This document shows, piece by piece, positions 47,440-57,900 of a DNA stretch of 64,000 nt. The position numbers were made by a program, and so were the translations under genes. The notes beneath the pieces are model-generated. The model searched no databases. It was not told the DNA's origin and saw only the letters and a list, made by a program, of their open reading frames with translations. Within the stretch, counting starts at the first letter, position 1. The number at the start of each line of letters is the position of its first letter. Origin of the DNA: a virus. Location: the IMG/VR virus record IMGVR_UViG_3300022895_000010. One strand, 5' to 3'.

Positions 47440-50187
47440 ATGGCTGATAACTCTATAATTAAAATTAATTCAACATCTTATAGTGTTCAAGAATCATGGT
47501 TAGCAATGGCAACCAAATTATTCAATCTTAATCCAGAAGATCCTAACTCATTAAATATCTTAAAAGCAGGTTTATTTGGATACAACAATGAGATTTCTTC
47601 AAATGAAATCAAGAATAACGTTTACCATCGAAATGTGTTATATGATGAGCATTTCTTAAATAGTGCTTCTATACCTCATTCTATTTATAACTTTGCTAAG
47701 ATGTATAATGTAGGTATTGGAACAGCAAAACCATCTCATGTATTTGTCAACTTTGCAATGAGTAAATATGATTTAGTTAATCATAAAGCTAGACGTGAAA
47801 TCATGGATGAAGGAACTGTTAATATTAGTGGTAAGAGAACTTATGAATTGATTATCAATAACCAATTCCCATTCTCTATTAAAGATATTAACTTCTTATT
47901 ACCATTCCCAGTACAGATTATCATGAAGGAAACTAATGATAATGATTATGCAATTACTGCTCGTTATAAGATAGATGGTGGTACTTTCCCATTTATGGAA
48001 GTAAATAATCCATTTATCAAAACATGGCAAGATAATTTCCAAGGAGAGAAATATGTCTTCTTAGGTTTAGACCTTTATCAATTGGATCGTCATACACAAG
48101 AATTCATGGTAATGTCAGAGGATATTTCTGATAACTTATTCTACAATGTTGCTTATGAAGGTCAATTATCATACTTTAACGTTTATTATACTTATAAGGG
48201 TGAGAGAACTCTATTAAAGGCTTACTTTAATAATGCTTTCAATCCACCTGACAATGAGAAGTTCTGTTATTTCTCTTACTTAGATGATGATAAATTACAG
48301 ATATCGTTCTCAGCTTTACCAAATAGTTTTAGACCACGTTTTGATTCTAAGATAGAAGTAGAGTTCTTTACAACCTTAGGTGAGAAAGGTAACTTCTCTT
48401 ATCAAGGTAAAGTATTATACAACTTTGCTACTGCTGATGAATTTGTTAAAACACCTGTATATGTAACTACGCTTACAGATGCTAGTGGTGGTCGAAATAA
48501 GTTAGATATGACTGGTACTAAGAATCAAATCATTGAAGAAATTTTAACAAGAAAGAATCTTATCACTGAAGCTGATTTAGATTTATTCTTCAATAATCTT
48601 AATACAACTAATACATTGAATGGAAGTAGTATTTCATTTATTAAGAAACAAGATGATATTCTAAAACGAATGTTTAGTTGTTTCTTATTAATGAGAGATG
48701 ATGAGAAGAAAGTTCTTCCAACTAATACTGCTCCTAAAGTATTATTTGATATTGCATTCTTAGAAGCTAATTCATTCTCTATTCCAGAGAACTCTGTAAT
48801 TATTTATGATTATAGTAAGAATATTTATTTCCATGAGCCTAACTTCTATCATGATTTCCATGCAAATGGAGATAAGATTCCATCTAAATATGAAGGAGAT
48901 AATTTCTTAATCTATGCAACTCCTTATCTAATTCGCTTAGACCGAGGTGCTGTAGTTAAGTCTAATTATTACAATTTATATGTAGATGTAACTGAATCTT
49001 TAATCTATAAATATGTAAATGATTTAGTTATTGAGAACTTCAACGTTAAGGATATCAATATCAAAAAGGAAAGTATTGAAGGAGATAGTTTTAAAGTATC
49101 ACTAACACTTAACACTAATATCAATACATTAGAGATTGATAATCGTATTAAACTAAGAGGTATCTTAAAATCTAAGAATGAGAAAGTATACGGATTCTTT
49201 GATTTTGAACGAGAAAGTGCAGAAGATTATAAGTACGTTGCAACACTTACTACAAACCGTGATATGTCATATGGATTAAATTTATACAACTCATTATATA
49301 ATATTTCTGGTTCAGCAGAACCAAGTGATATCCTTACTAATTGTTATATAGAAGAAGATATTTATATGGATATTGCTATTCTTTATAAAGATCCATCTGC
49401 TACTACTTTTGAGAAATATGATTCATTCCAGAGAATGAAGGATATAGGTGACTATACTACTGCTATCGTAGTTCGAAATGATAATCCAGTAAAATTCTAT
49501 GAGGATTTATCATATATTATGAGCAGTATTATTACTCCTAAATCTGCTTCTGGTAAAATTACTGGTTTTGAAGTTGAAAATATTCCAATAGTCGGTTTTA
49601 AATATTACTATAAGAAGAATAAGATAGTATATAAAACTCTAAACGTTTATTGTAATATCTTAAAAAGTAATATTAAGCGATTAGAAAATAATACTACTCT
49701 AGATTTAAAGCTTACTAATAGCTATGGACCATCTAGATACTATTACATTAGTTCTTATGTTGTAGATGATGTTGTTCATTACAATAATATTAAGAGTACA
49801 GATTTACTTATTGATTTAGATATTCATATTCAAGAAGCACCTACTGAAGAAGATGATTTAAAAATCAAGCAATTCATTTCTGACTTTATTGAAAGTTGTA
49901 ATGAAGATCAACTTGTACCTATATCTAATATGATTAGACTTCTTGAACAGAACTTTGATATTATTAGATATATTGAATTCAATGGTATTTCAGGAAATGA
50001 TATTCAGAAAATTGAAAGTAGTTTTACTTCTTTCAGAGAAATGACAAAACAACAAATTATAGAATATGTACCAGAATACCTAAATGTCAAAAAGGAACTA
50101 AATGACTTTATGACTAAAAATGAGTCTGGTGAGGATATACATTTAGGAACGTTCTATGAGTTCAATATTAAGGTAAAATACATTTAA
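47440..50187 (+). CDS. Baseplate wedge protein, T4 gp6-like
   Basis: EHFLNSA....SIYN.AK..N, TTLGEKGN, ASGG.N, R.NLITE.DL. Confidence 0.72.
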   Translation: MADNSIIKINSTSYSVQESWLAMATKLFNLNPEDPNSLNILKAGLFGYNNEISSNEIKNNVYHRNVLYDEHFLNSASIPHSIYNFAKMYNVGIGTAKPSHVFVNFAMSKYDLVNHKARREIMDEGTVNISGKRTYELIINNQFPFSIKDINFLLPFPVQIIMKETNDNDYAITARYKIDGGTFPFMEVNNPFIKTWQDNFQGEKYVFLGLDLYQLDRHTQEFMVMSEDISDNLFYNVAYEGQLSYFNVYYTYKGERTLLKAYFNNAFNPPDNEKFCYFSYLDDDKLQISFSALPNSFRPRFDSKIEVEFFTTLGEKGNFSYQGKVLYNFATADEFVKTPVYVTTLTDASGGRNKLDMTGTKNQIIEEILTRKNLITEADLDLFFNNLNTTNTLNGSSISFIKKQDDILKRMFSCFLLMRDDEKKVLPTNTAPKVLFDIAFLEANSFSIPENSVIIYDYSKNIYFHEPNFYHDFHANGDKIPSKYEGDNFLIYATPYLIRLDRGAVVKSNYYNLYVDVTESLIYKYVNDLVIENFNVKDINIKKESIEGDSFKVSLTLNTNINTLEIDNRIKLRGILKSKNEKVYGFFDFERESAEDYKYVATLTTNRDMSYGLNLYNSLYNISGSAEPSDILTNCYIEEDIYMDIAILYKDPSATTFEKYDSFQRMKDIGDYTTAIVVRNDNPVKFYEDLSYIMSSIITPKSASGKITGFEVENIPIVGFKYYYKKNKIVYKTLNVYCNILKSNIKRLENNTTLDLKLTNSYGPSRYYYISSYVVDDVVHYNNIKSTDLLIDLDIHIQEAPTEEDDLKIKQFISDFIESCNEDQLVPISNMIRLLEQNFDIIRYIEFNGISGNDIQKIESSFTSFREMTKQQIIEYVPEYLNVKKELNDFMTKNESGEDIHLGTFYEFNIKVKYI

Positions 50188-50206
50188 TTGAGAGGAAGGT
50201 CAAACA

Positions 50207-51073
50207 ATGTCAACATTATTTGGTAGAGATTTCAAAAGCGTTGAATTAATTTCATCTGCTGATACAGTAACAAGCAAGAAAACACGTAAAATCAATGAGG
50301 ATATTAACGAATTCTTAGATAGTATGAACACTGAAAATACTATTCGTAATGAGGAATCTAAGATTGAAACTGAAATCCTTATGGAGAGTTCAATGATGAA
50401 CTATCAGGAGACAATGCATCAACAAAACTCTAAGTTCAAAGAAGCTTTATCTAGAGACTTTGAAAATGAAACTTTAGTAAATACACTTGCTGAACAAACA
50501 TTCGCTTATGCAGTTTATGAAGCACTTCCTATTGATGAAGCTCAAAAGAAACACAATGGTAACTATATTTATGAACAAGCAACAGGATTATTCTCTTCTT
50601 TAAAAGAAAACCTTGATTTCAAACAAGATACATTATTTAATGATATGGTATCTCGGATTCAAGCTGTTGTAGAAGGTAGAGATGATAGTAAAGATGCTAA
50701 AGAATTATTTAAAGAATCTTTAGAACTTAACTCATTTGAATTAGGTATTGTAACTCAAATGCTTAAAATTAAAGTAACTGAAGCAGTTCGTACTGAAAAG
50801 GAACTTACTGTTGAGAAGAATCGTTTGATCCAAGAAGGTCAAGAAACTATTGTTGAAAAATATAGTAAGAATAAAACTTTATTCCGTGCTTTACAAGAAA
50901 AGAATACTGAATTAGCTCTTCAAGAAAAAGGTGAAGATTTTGATAAATCTACACTATTAGATATGGTAATGGCTGAATCATTAATTGACTATACTCTTTT
51001 AGAAGCAGTATATACAATGAAATTAGCTGATATCGATTTCGATAACTTACAGTCTACTGTTCGTTTCATGTAA
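50207..51073 (+). CDS. Putative virion protein
   Basis: Acidic helical protein ending the baseplate operon. Confidence 0.5.
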   Translation: MSTLFGRDFKSVELISSADTVTSKKTRKINEDINEFLDSMNTENTIRNEESKIETEILMESSMMNYQETMHQQNSKFKEALSRDFENETLVNTLAEQTFAYAVYEALPIDEAQKKHNGNYIYEQATGLFSSLKENLDFKQDTLFNDMVSRIQAVVEGRDDSKDAKELFKESLELNSFELGIVTQMLKIKVTEAVRTEKELTVEKNRLIQEGQETIVEKYSKNKTLFRALQEKNTELALQEKGEDFDKSTLLDMVMAESLIDYTLLEAVYTMKLADIDFDNLQSTVRFM

Positions 51074-51076
51074 TAA

Positions 51077-51118
51077 AAACAACTCTTAATATGAAATTAA
51101 TCATATTAAGAGTTGTTT
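51077..51118. terminator. Bidirectional terminator
   Basis: AAACAACTCTTAATATGA-AATTAA-TCATATTAAGAGTTGTTT between convergent genes. Confidence 0.8.
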
Positions 51119-51121
51119 ATT

Positions 51122-51292
51122 TTAATTATTATATTTATCATATATCTTTGATAAATATCTTTCAGATGTTTCAAGATTAGGGCTATCACTTTCTATATCA
51201 CGTATAATGTTTTTAATATTTTTCTTTTCAGTAGGAGTAAGAGTATTAATATACTTCTTTAACCATTTAATTTTCTCTTGGAGATTAATCAT
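51122..51292 (-). CDS. 56-aa hypothetical protein (not in the ORF track)
   Basis: MINLQEKIKWLKKYINTLTPTEKKNIKNIIRDIESDSPNLETSERYLSKIYDKYNN; upstream AGGAGG; fills the gap to the terminator. Confidence 0.6.
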   Translation of the reverse strand: MINLQEKIKWLKKYINTLTPTEKKNIKNIIRDIESDSPNLETSERYLSKIYDKYNN

Positions 51293-51407
51293 TTCCTTCA
51301 GCCTCCTGATCTAATTCCTCTTCAGTTCCACCACATGTAGGACAGAATGATTCATCACAACAAGGACAACTAACTAAAAATGATCTGCAACGTGGACATT
51401 GCTCCAT
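51285..51407 (-). CDS. 40-aa Cys-rich zinc-binding mini-protein (not in the ORF track)
   Basis: MEQCPRCRSFLVSCPCCDESFCPTCGGTEEELDQEAEGND; AGGAGG 7 nt upstream. Confidence 0.65.
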   Translation of the reverse strand: MEQCPRCRSFLVSCPCCDESFCPTCGGTEEELDQEAEGND

Positions 51408-51418
51408 TATAATACCTC

Positions 51419-52222
51419 CTAATTCTGGAAATAATTTAAATGTTCTACTACTTCTTCAAGATTATTTAATACTGTAGCACCATTATTTTTAACCATTTCT
51501 TTAACTGAATTTAGAGAACTTAATTGACTCTCAGTAAATCCATCTTCAATTACACAAAGAACAGTTTTCTTAGGACGTTTATTACTATCATCAACTACTT
51601 CAGCAATTGAATAAACACCAGTCATATCACTTGTAATTACATATAAAAGATAATCACATCTTCTACGCTGTTTAATTTCCTCTTTCTTAGCTTCTTCATT
51701 CCAATCCTTTACAATAGGATTAAAGAAACTAATTTTTAATTGAGGTATTAATTCATCTCTCCATGTACTAGTTTCACTCCATGTACCACCTAAAAATACC
51801 CGTTCCCCTTTATTGATATGATAAAGAATTTCTTCCCTATGTTCTTTATAATGAGGATATTTTTCTAAGAAATCATCAATTCTACCACTACATACCAATT
51901 CTTTATAATTCTCTGCAATTGCTTCGGGTGTTGTAGCTACATCAATGACGTAATCGCCTAATGTTGAGTCGTATCTAGGTTCACCTACAGCTAAAACAAT
52001 ATTAGGATTATTTCCCTTTTGTAAAAAATTATATGGAGTTTTACCATCAGATTCAAATATTCTTAGTGTGTCTCCATTTTTGATTTCAGGTATAGTAATC
52101 TTTCTCCATACATTATTCTTCAATACCTCAAATACTTTAAGTTCTTTTTTACGAGTTCTTTCAGCAATATCCTTTGTAAATGTTTCCATAGTATCTTTAT
52201 TTACTAGCGTTTCTTTAGTCAT
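51419..52222 (-). CDS. Nucleoside 2-deoxyribosyltransferase-like domain protein with extra N-terminal domain
   Basis: VFLGGT....WRD.LI..L....FNP.V.DW, E...R..CD..LYVIT..M.GVYSIAE..D. Confidence 0.78.
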   Translation of the reverse strand: MTKETLVNKDTMETFTKDIAERTRKKELKVFEVLKNNVWRKITIPEIKNGDTLRIFESDGKTPYNFLQKGNNPNIVLAVGEPRYDSTLGDYVIDVATTPEAIAENYKELVCSGRIDDFLEKYPHYKEHREEILYHINKGERVFLGGTWSETSTWRDELIPQLKISFFNPIVKDWNEEAKKEEIKQRRRCDYLLYVITSDMTGVYSIAEVVDDSNKRPKKTVLCVIEDGFTESQLSSLNSVKEMVKNNGATVLNNLEEVVEHLNYFQN

Positions 52223-52243
52223 GATAATTCCTCCAAATTATTA

Positions 52244-52720
52244 TTAAATAAAGTACTGAATGTTAATATTATTACTTGATGGGCTAATACGAATTGTATA
52301 AATATTAGTTAAATAGAATACCTTAATATCATCAGGTACATCTTTAAATAAACTATCCATTCCATCAGTATCTTTAATACAAGTTGTGATAACATCTGAA
52401 ATTTTAGTAATAATTTCATTTGCTACTACATCAGTAATTTCATCTGTAAGATAATCTAAATAATTAATATTATTAGCGTTTTTACCTGATACTTCTAAAA
52501 GTGGTGATTTAAGTACAAATACAGGTTTTTCTGGATCAATAAATCTAGCTACACGTTCACTTCTAAAATCAAAATTATCAGAATTTCTAATGATATCTCT
52601 AACTTTATCAATAAATAATTCCATATCAATATAGCGCATAATATCTTTCTTTACTTTTTGTAACGTATTAATAGCATTAACATCTTCTTGTGTGATTAAA
52701 TTTCCTAACATTTTTCTCAT
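52244..52720 (-). CDS. Hypothetical protein
   Basis: 158-aa ORF translationally coupled to rusA. Confidence 0.55.
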   Translation of the reverse strand: MRKMLGNLITQEDVNAINTLQKVKKDIMRYIDMELFIDKVRDIIRNSDNFDFRSERVARFIDPEKPVFVLKSPLLEVSGKNANNINYLDYLTDEITDVVANEIITKISDVITTCIKDTDGMDSLFKDVPDDIKVFYLTNIYTIRISPSSNNINIQYFI

Positions 52721-53313
52721 CCTCCGTATTGTTCTAATATTCTTTGTAGTTGTTCTTTTTCATCTTTAGTTGCGACACCAGTAACTTCTAATGGTTCATT
52801 TCTCATTCTCATTTTAACAAATGTTGCTTCTATAGGTGAGAATAGCTTTTTAGTACTATTATAGTAAATCTGAGAATCGTCTTTCCATAGTTTACCATTA
52901 AGTGTATCGTAAACCGTTTTTTCAATATTATCATTATCAGGTTTAGTTAATGGAACTAAAATATCTAAGAAGCTATATAATAATTGCTTTAAAGTAGTAC
53001 CAGACTTAGCTGGAACTCGTAACCATTCAATATGTATTTCTATCTCACCTTTACATGGTACAAAATCTTCTGGTAAAATCTCTTCGACTCTTTCAATTAA
53101 CACATCTTTGTAATAAGCTAATGGATCATAAAATCCACTAAATCGAGAACTTCTAGGTCTTTGTGAGGGTTCTAAAGATTGATTAAAATGAATTTCTATT
53201 TCAGTGAATTCATCATCTCTTTGATATTCAAGTAAAGTAACTTCACATTCCCTGACCTTTTGTAGTTTCTTATCTTTAATCTCTTTTTTCTTTTTACTTC
53301 CTTTTTTAGCCAT
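52717..53313 (-). CDS. rusA: RusA-family Holliday junction resolvase
   Basis: P..RPR and KPDNDNIEKTVYDTLNGKLWKDDSQI; late motif at 53389-53400 (-). Confidence 0.9.
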   Translation of the reverse strand: MAKKGSKKKKEIKDKKLQKVRECEVTLLEYQRDDEFTEIEIHFNQSLEPSQRPRSSRFSGFYDPLAYYKDVLIERVEEILPEDFVPCKGEIEIHIEWLRVPAKSGTTLKQLLYSFLDILVPLTKPDNDNIEKTVYDTLNGKLWKDDSQIYYNSTKKLFSPIEATFVKMRMRNEPLEVTGVATKDEKEQLQRILEQYGG

Positions 53314-53429
53314 ATGATTCCCCTCATTAAAATTAAGGAAAAGGGTTTATATGTAATAAACCCTTCTCAATTTTATATCATTATATTATAACTTTATGTT
53401 AAAGATAGTTTTTAAACTTTTAAAATATA

Positions 53430-54884
53430 CTATCTGAGGACGTTGTTTAACTTTTCAGTCTTCTCATAAACCCAGTCATAGAATCCATGTCTTACACCTT
53501 GTAATGTAGCTTTGTTTTCTAACCAAGATAATCTTGTTTTCAGGAAGTTTTCTGCTCTTAAAATAGGCGCAAATTGATCAAAACGAATACCTGCCATACA
53601 CTCTAAGAAAGAAGATAAAGCGGCATTATAACGTAAATAACCATATGAATCAGAAGCCATTACAGTTGAATATAAATCTGCAACAGTTACAGTTACTTCA
53701 ATTTCAGTTGGTAAGTTATCAACTGTAAATAAGTTATCATCTCCACCACGTTTAAATGTAATAGATGTAACTACTCCACACTCTGTTTCAAAGTAGCCTG
53801 GACAGAACATACGGATTAAGAATGGTTGTTTATAACCAAGTGGTCCATCCTGTCTAGGTAAAGCTAATGCTAATAGAGACATAAATGGTACATAAACGTA
53901 TTTGAAAATACTTTCTCTATCTCCATAAGGACTATAGAACTTGAATTGAAGGTTATAACTTTTCTCAAACTTAGAATCATACCACATATCTGGATAGTAA
54001 AGTTGAGAACCATTTACCGTTTGTCCGAATGCACTAATCAGACCACCGACAATTGGAATACCACTTAAACCTGTCATAATTTCTTGAGCAAAGTTCTGTA
54101 AACTAGAGAATACACCTTCATTACCAAAACCTGCTAACTGCTTATATTCACGTAATTGAGCTGAAGATGAAGCAATAGAAGATGCAATTGTAGATTCACC
54201 GAATTGGTTATTTGCTCCTTCAGAGATTGATGTAGCTTTATCAGCAAAGAACGCAATACCAGGATTTCCTTTACCTGCTTTGAATTCATCAGAAAATTTG
54301 AATACACCAGATAAACCTAAATGGTTATAAACTACTGATAGCATAACTTCTACATAGTTATAATAATCTTTCCAGTTCTGTCTAAATGACATGAAACGTG
54401 TATCATTATAACTCATTACGTTACGTACACCAAAGTCTAAACCTTGTCCACTTTTAATTTTTTCTTGTATCCATGCAGTACTAACACCTTTTTCTCCAGA
54501 AGGTCCAATAAGTTTTTTATTGATTTTACCCTCTCCAGGAACTAGATAAACAATTGGTAAATCTTGCATGAATGTTTCATTATATACTCGACCAGATGGA
54601 TCAGCTAAAGGATTATAATATAAAGGTAATCCTAATACATTTGCTTGACCTTCACCTGTTAATTCATAAGGATTCCATGTATTAGGGGCTGCTCCACTAA
54701 TAACGTCTCCATAAGCATCTTTTGCCTGACCATCTTTTACTGTTGGATCTGATTCAGCTTCATCTAAATACTGAGGTTTATAACCGTTCTCAGCGTTTTC
54801 TGCAGGTGCATCAGCTTTCTTTTCCCCACCACTATCACCAAAACCAAATAGACTTGCAAAGAAATCTAATACCATTTTACTCAC
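53430..54884 (-). CDS. Baseplate/tail-tube initiator protein (T4 gp48-like fold)
   Basis: F.KSYNLQFKF.SP, PF.IR, GVVTSITF, LPTEIEVTVTV.DL; directly downstream of the tape-measure-like gene. Confidence 0.5.
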   Translation of the reverse strand: MSKMVLDFFASLFGFGDSGGEKKADAPAENAENGYKPQYLDEAESDPTVKDGQAKDAYGDVISGAAPNTWNPYELTGEGQANVLGLPLYYNPLADPSGRVYNETFMQDLPIVYLVPGEGKINKKLIGPSGEKGVSTAWIQEKIKSGQGLDFGVRNVMSYNDTRFMSFRQNWKDYYNYVEVMLSVVYNHLGLSGVFKFSDEFKAGKGNPGIAFFADKATSISEGANNQFGESTIASSIASSSAQLREYKQLAGFGNEGVFSSLQNFAQEIMTGLSGIPIVGGLISAFGQTVNGSQLYYPDMWYDSKFEKSYNLQFKFYSPYGDRESIFKYVYVPFMSLLALALPRQDGPLGYKQPFLIRMFCPGYFETECGVVTSITFKRGGDDNLFTVDNLPTEIEVTVTVADLYSTVMASDSYGYLRYNAALSSFLECMAGIRFDQFAPILRAENFLKTRLSWLENKATLQGVRHGFYDWVYEKTEKLNNVLR

Positions 54885-54934
54885 TCCTTTTTATATATGT
54901 AAAAGGAGGGAAATAATATCCCTCCTGTTAATTA

Positions 54935-57900
54935 TTAGTTACCTCTAGCAATATTTTCTACAAGTCCTAAACTTTCTAGACCAAAGCTACTACCAATATC
55001 ATTTCTAGAAGAAGATGTATTGACTTTAACTTTTTCACTAGATTCATTGATTCCACTTAATAAATCAACTACTTTAGACAGAAGATCATTACCTTTAACT
55101 GCTTGAGTATTAGTATCTTTATTAACTGCAACTAAGTCTTGTAGTAATTTTTGCATTTCGATAAATTTATCCATTCTAGCACTATTATTACCATTGTTTA
55201 CATTAGCAATTTTTGAGATAGCTTGAGTACTTTCTAATAAATTACCAGAAGCCATACTAATTGTATCCATTGGAGTCATCATAGTACCATTTTCATATTG
55301 AGACGGAGGACTATTGAATACAGACTGTTTAAGTCCCATTTCAACCATTAATTTTTCTACTTCAGCATCGGCTTCTTCACCGCCACCTTGACCCATAATC
55401 GGACCATTAAAGTCTCCTCCTGATTTCTCAGATTGAAGCATTTTTAAAGCATTTTGTTTTTCACGTTGGAATCGTTTTGCAACTCCACGTTGAATTGCAC
55501 CAGAACTACTTGGGAAGTATTTAGAACCATTACCTGCTCCACGTTCATCATAAACTTTATTAATGATAGTTGCATCATCCATAGAACCAGCATTACTACC
55601 TAAAGCATTAGCCCATACTGTACCTGCTCCACCAGCGCCATGTTGAACTACTGTTGAATAAGCGACTGATTGTATAGTTTTAGAACGAGAGTTAACATCA
55701 AGACCAGTTCTAGATTTAATCTTAGCAATACCTTGTGCATAACTACCTTGAACGATTGTATCATTTTGAATTTGGTCGAATTCTTCTTTATTATTTTTAG
55801 CAAGTTCTTTCCATGCTTGGTCAAACCCTGATGAACCTAATTTATGAGCCGATAATTTTTCATAATATTCAGGTTTTCTAGTTTTAAGACTATCTACGAA
55901 ACTAGCCAATGAACCCATATTAAGTGAGAATTGAGGTGTACCATAAGATTTACCGCCATGATCACCTGCAGAGTTTGTAATACCTCCTGGATCACCCATA
56001 GCTGACCCTACTTCTTCTAAAGCTGATAAACGATAGATACCTTGAGCCGCACTTCCGCTACCGCCACCTGTAATATAAGGCATTGGATCGACGTGTGTAC
56101 CATCTTTAATTACTTCAAAGTGACAGTGTGGTCCAGTTGATTGTCCAGTAGAACCTACTAATGCAATCTTCTGTCCTCGTGTTACTTGTTCTCCTTCTTT
56201 AGCAATAAGTTGACTACAGTGACCATAACCTGTTTCTAAACCGTCATTATGTTTGATACGAACATAGTTTCCGTAACCATTAACTACTCGTGATATGACA
56301 ACTGTACCTGCTTCTGCCGCCACAATCGGTGTTCCAGTAGGTGCTGGAATATCTACACCTTTATGGTTTTCATTTTTACCAGTTACAGGGTTAGTACGAT
56401 TTGAGAATGGGGAAGAAGTCTTAGTATGTCCTGGCACTGGCCACTCTAATTGAGACTTGCCTGAACCTCCTGAAGTTCCACCGCTACTAGAACCACCACT
56501 TTCAGCACTGGCTTTATCTTTACTTCCAGTGAAAATCTTCTTAAGTAAACTACCAAAGATACCACCAGAAATACCACTACCAAACATATTTCCTAAGAAA
56601 CCACCGCTCTTATTACCATTACTATCTTCTTTCTTACCAAATAATTTATCCCAAATACTTTCAGTTTCACCATCTTTCTTCTTAAAGAATCCCTTAGCTT
56701 TATCACCTAAGTTATAAACTAATCCGAAAGGAGACATATTGAATGCAAAATTAGCTACTTTCTCAGGATCGTCCATAGCTTTCTTACCATCTTGTCCATT
56801 TAGGAAATCTTTAGCTTTATCAGTTAAATTATCTAGCATAGACATAGGAGATAGTTTATATAAAGCACTTCCTGCACTTGATAATCCACTTCCGATAGAT
56901 GAAGCCATACCAGAAATACCATCGCCAATAGCAGAACCTATATTCTTAACACCATTCCAGATACCAGAACCAATAGATGAAACTGTATCTGTAACTAGTG
57001 AACCTGCTCCATGAAGACCTTTAGCAATTGTATCTTGTCCTACTAATCCTAATGTTAATGAACTTAACACTCCACCAGTAGCACTTGACATCTTTTGTCC
57101 TAAAGTTGGATCAGCAGTTTTAAATACATCCCCTGCAGAACCCCAACCATCAAACGCTGAATAAGCACCATCTGCAATAGCAAGACCTGCTCCAATACCA
57201 GGAATAAACTTACCAAATTTACCAAGTTTTCCTAACATTCCAGCACCTTTTGCCACACCTGCTCCAGCTCCTGCAGTAGCGCCTGCTCCTGATGCAATAG
57301 CCGATGTTGCACCTGCAGTAGTTGCTCCTACACTTGTAGCACCTAAAGTACTAGCCGCTCCTAAACCTCCTACTGCTCCTGCGGTAGCTAAACCTCTACC
57401 ACCTAATCTACCTGCTAAACGACCACCTCTAGCTTGTCTTCTACCCATACGTGTATTAGGTTGGTTAGCATTTCTTCCATGACGACCTGATCTAGTATTA
57501 TTTCTACCTTCTCCACCGCCTAATAAGTCAGCAGGATTTAAACCATCACCACCACCTAATAAACCAGAAGCCATACCTCCTACTCCACCGCCATCTAAAC
57601 TACCACCTACTACATAAACTGGTGTAGCTTCTTCAGGTCTAGAGAGCATATTACCTAATCCACCACTTATTTTTCCAAATAAGCCTTTACGTTTAGCTCT
57701 TCCTGTACCGTTAGCATTGCCGTTTCTACTTCTAGTACCTCTAACACGGAAATCTCCTTGTTGAGTTGTAACAGTATTACCACGTTTTCTACCAAAACGA
57801 CCACCAAAAATCTTACTTCCTAATCCTCCTGCAAGACCTGCTAATGCACCGCCTGCCGCTCCAAGAGCTGGTGTAATTAAATCCTTCATAAATCCTAAGA

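Noticed and set aside
42039-51100. Shared AATTAA loop in three hairpins (about 42039, 45436 and 51095)
   Set aside because: Too short and AT-rich to distinguish from chance without a genome-wide count
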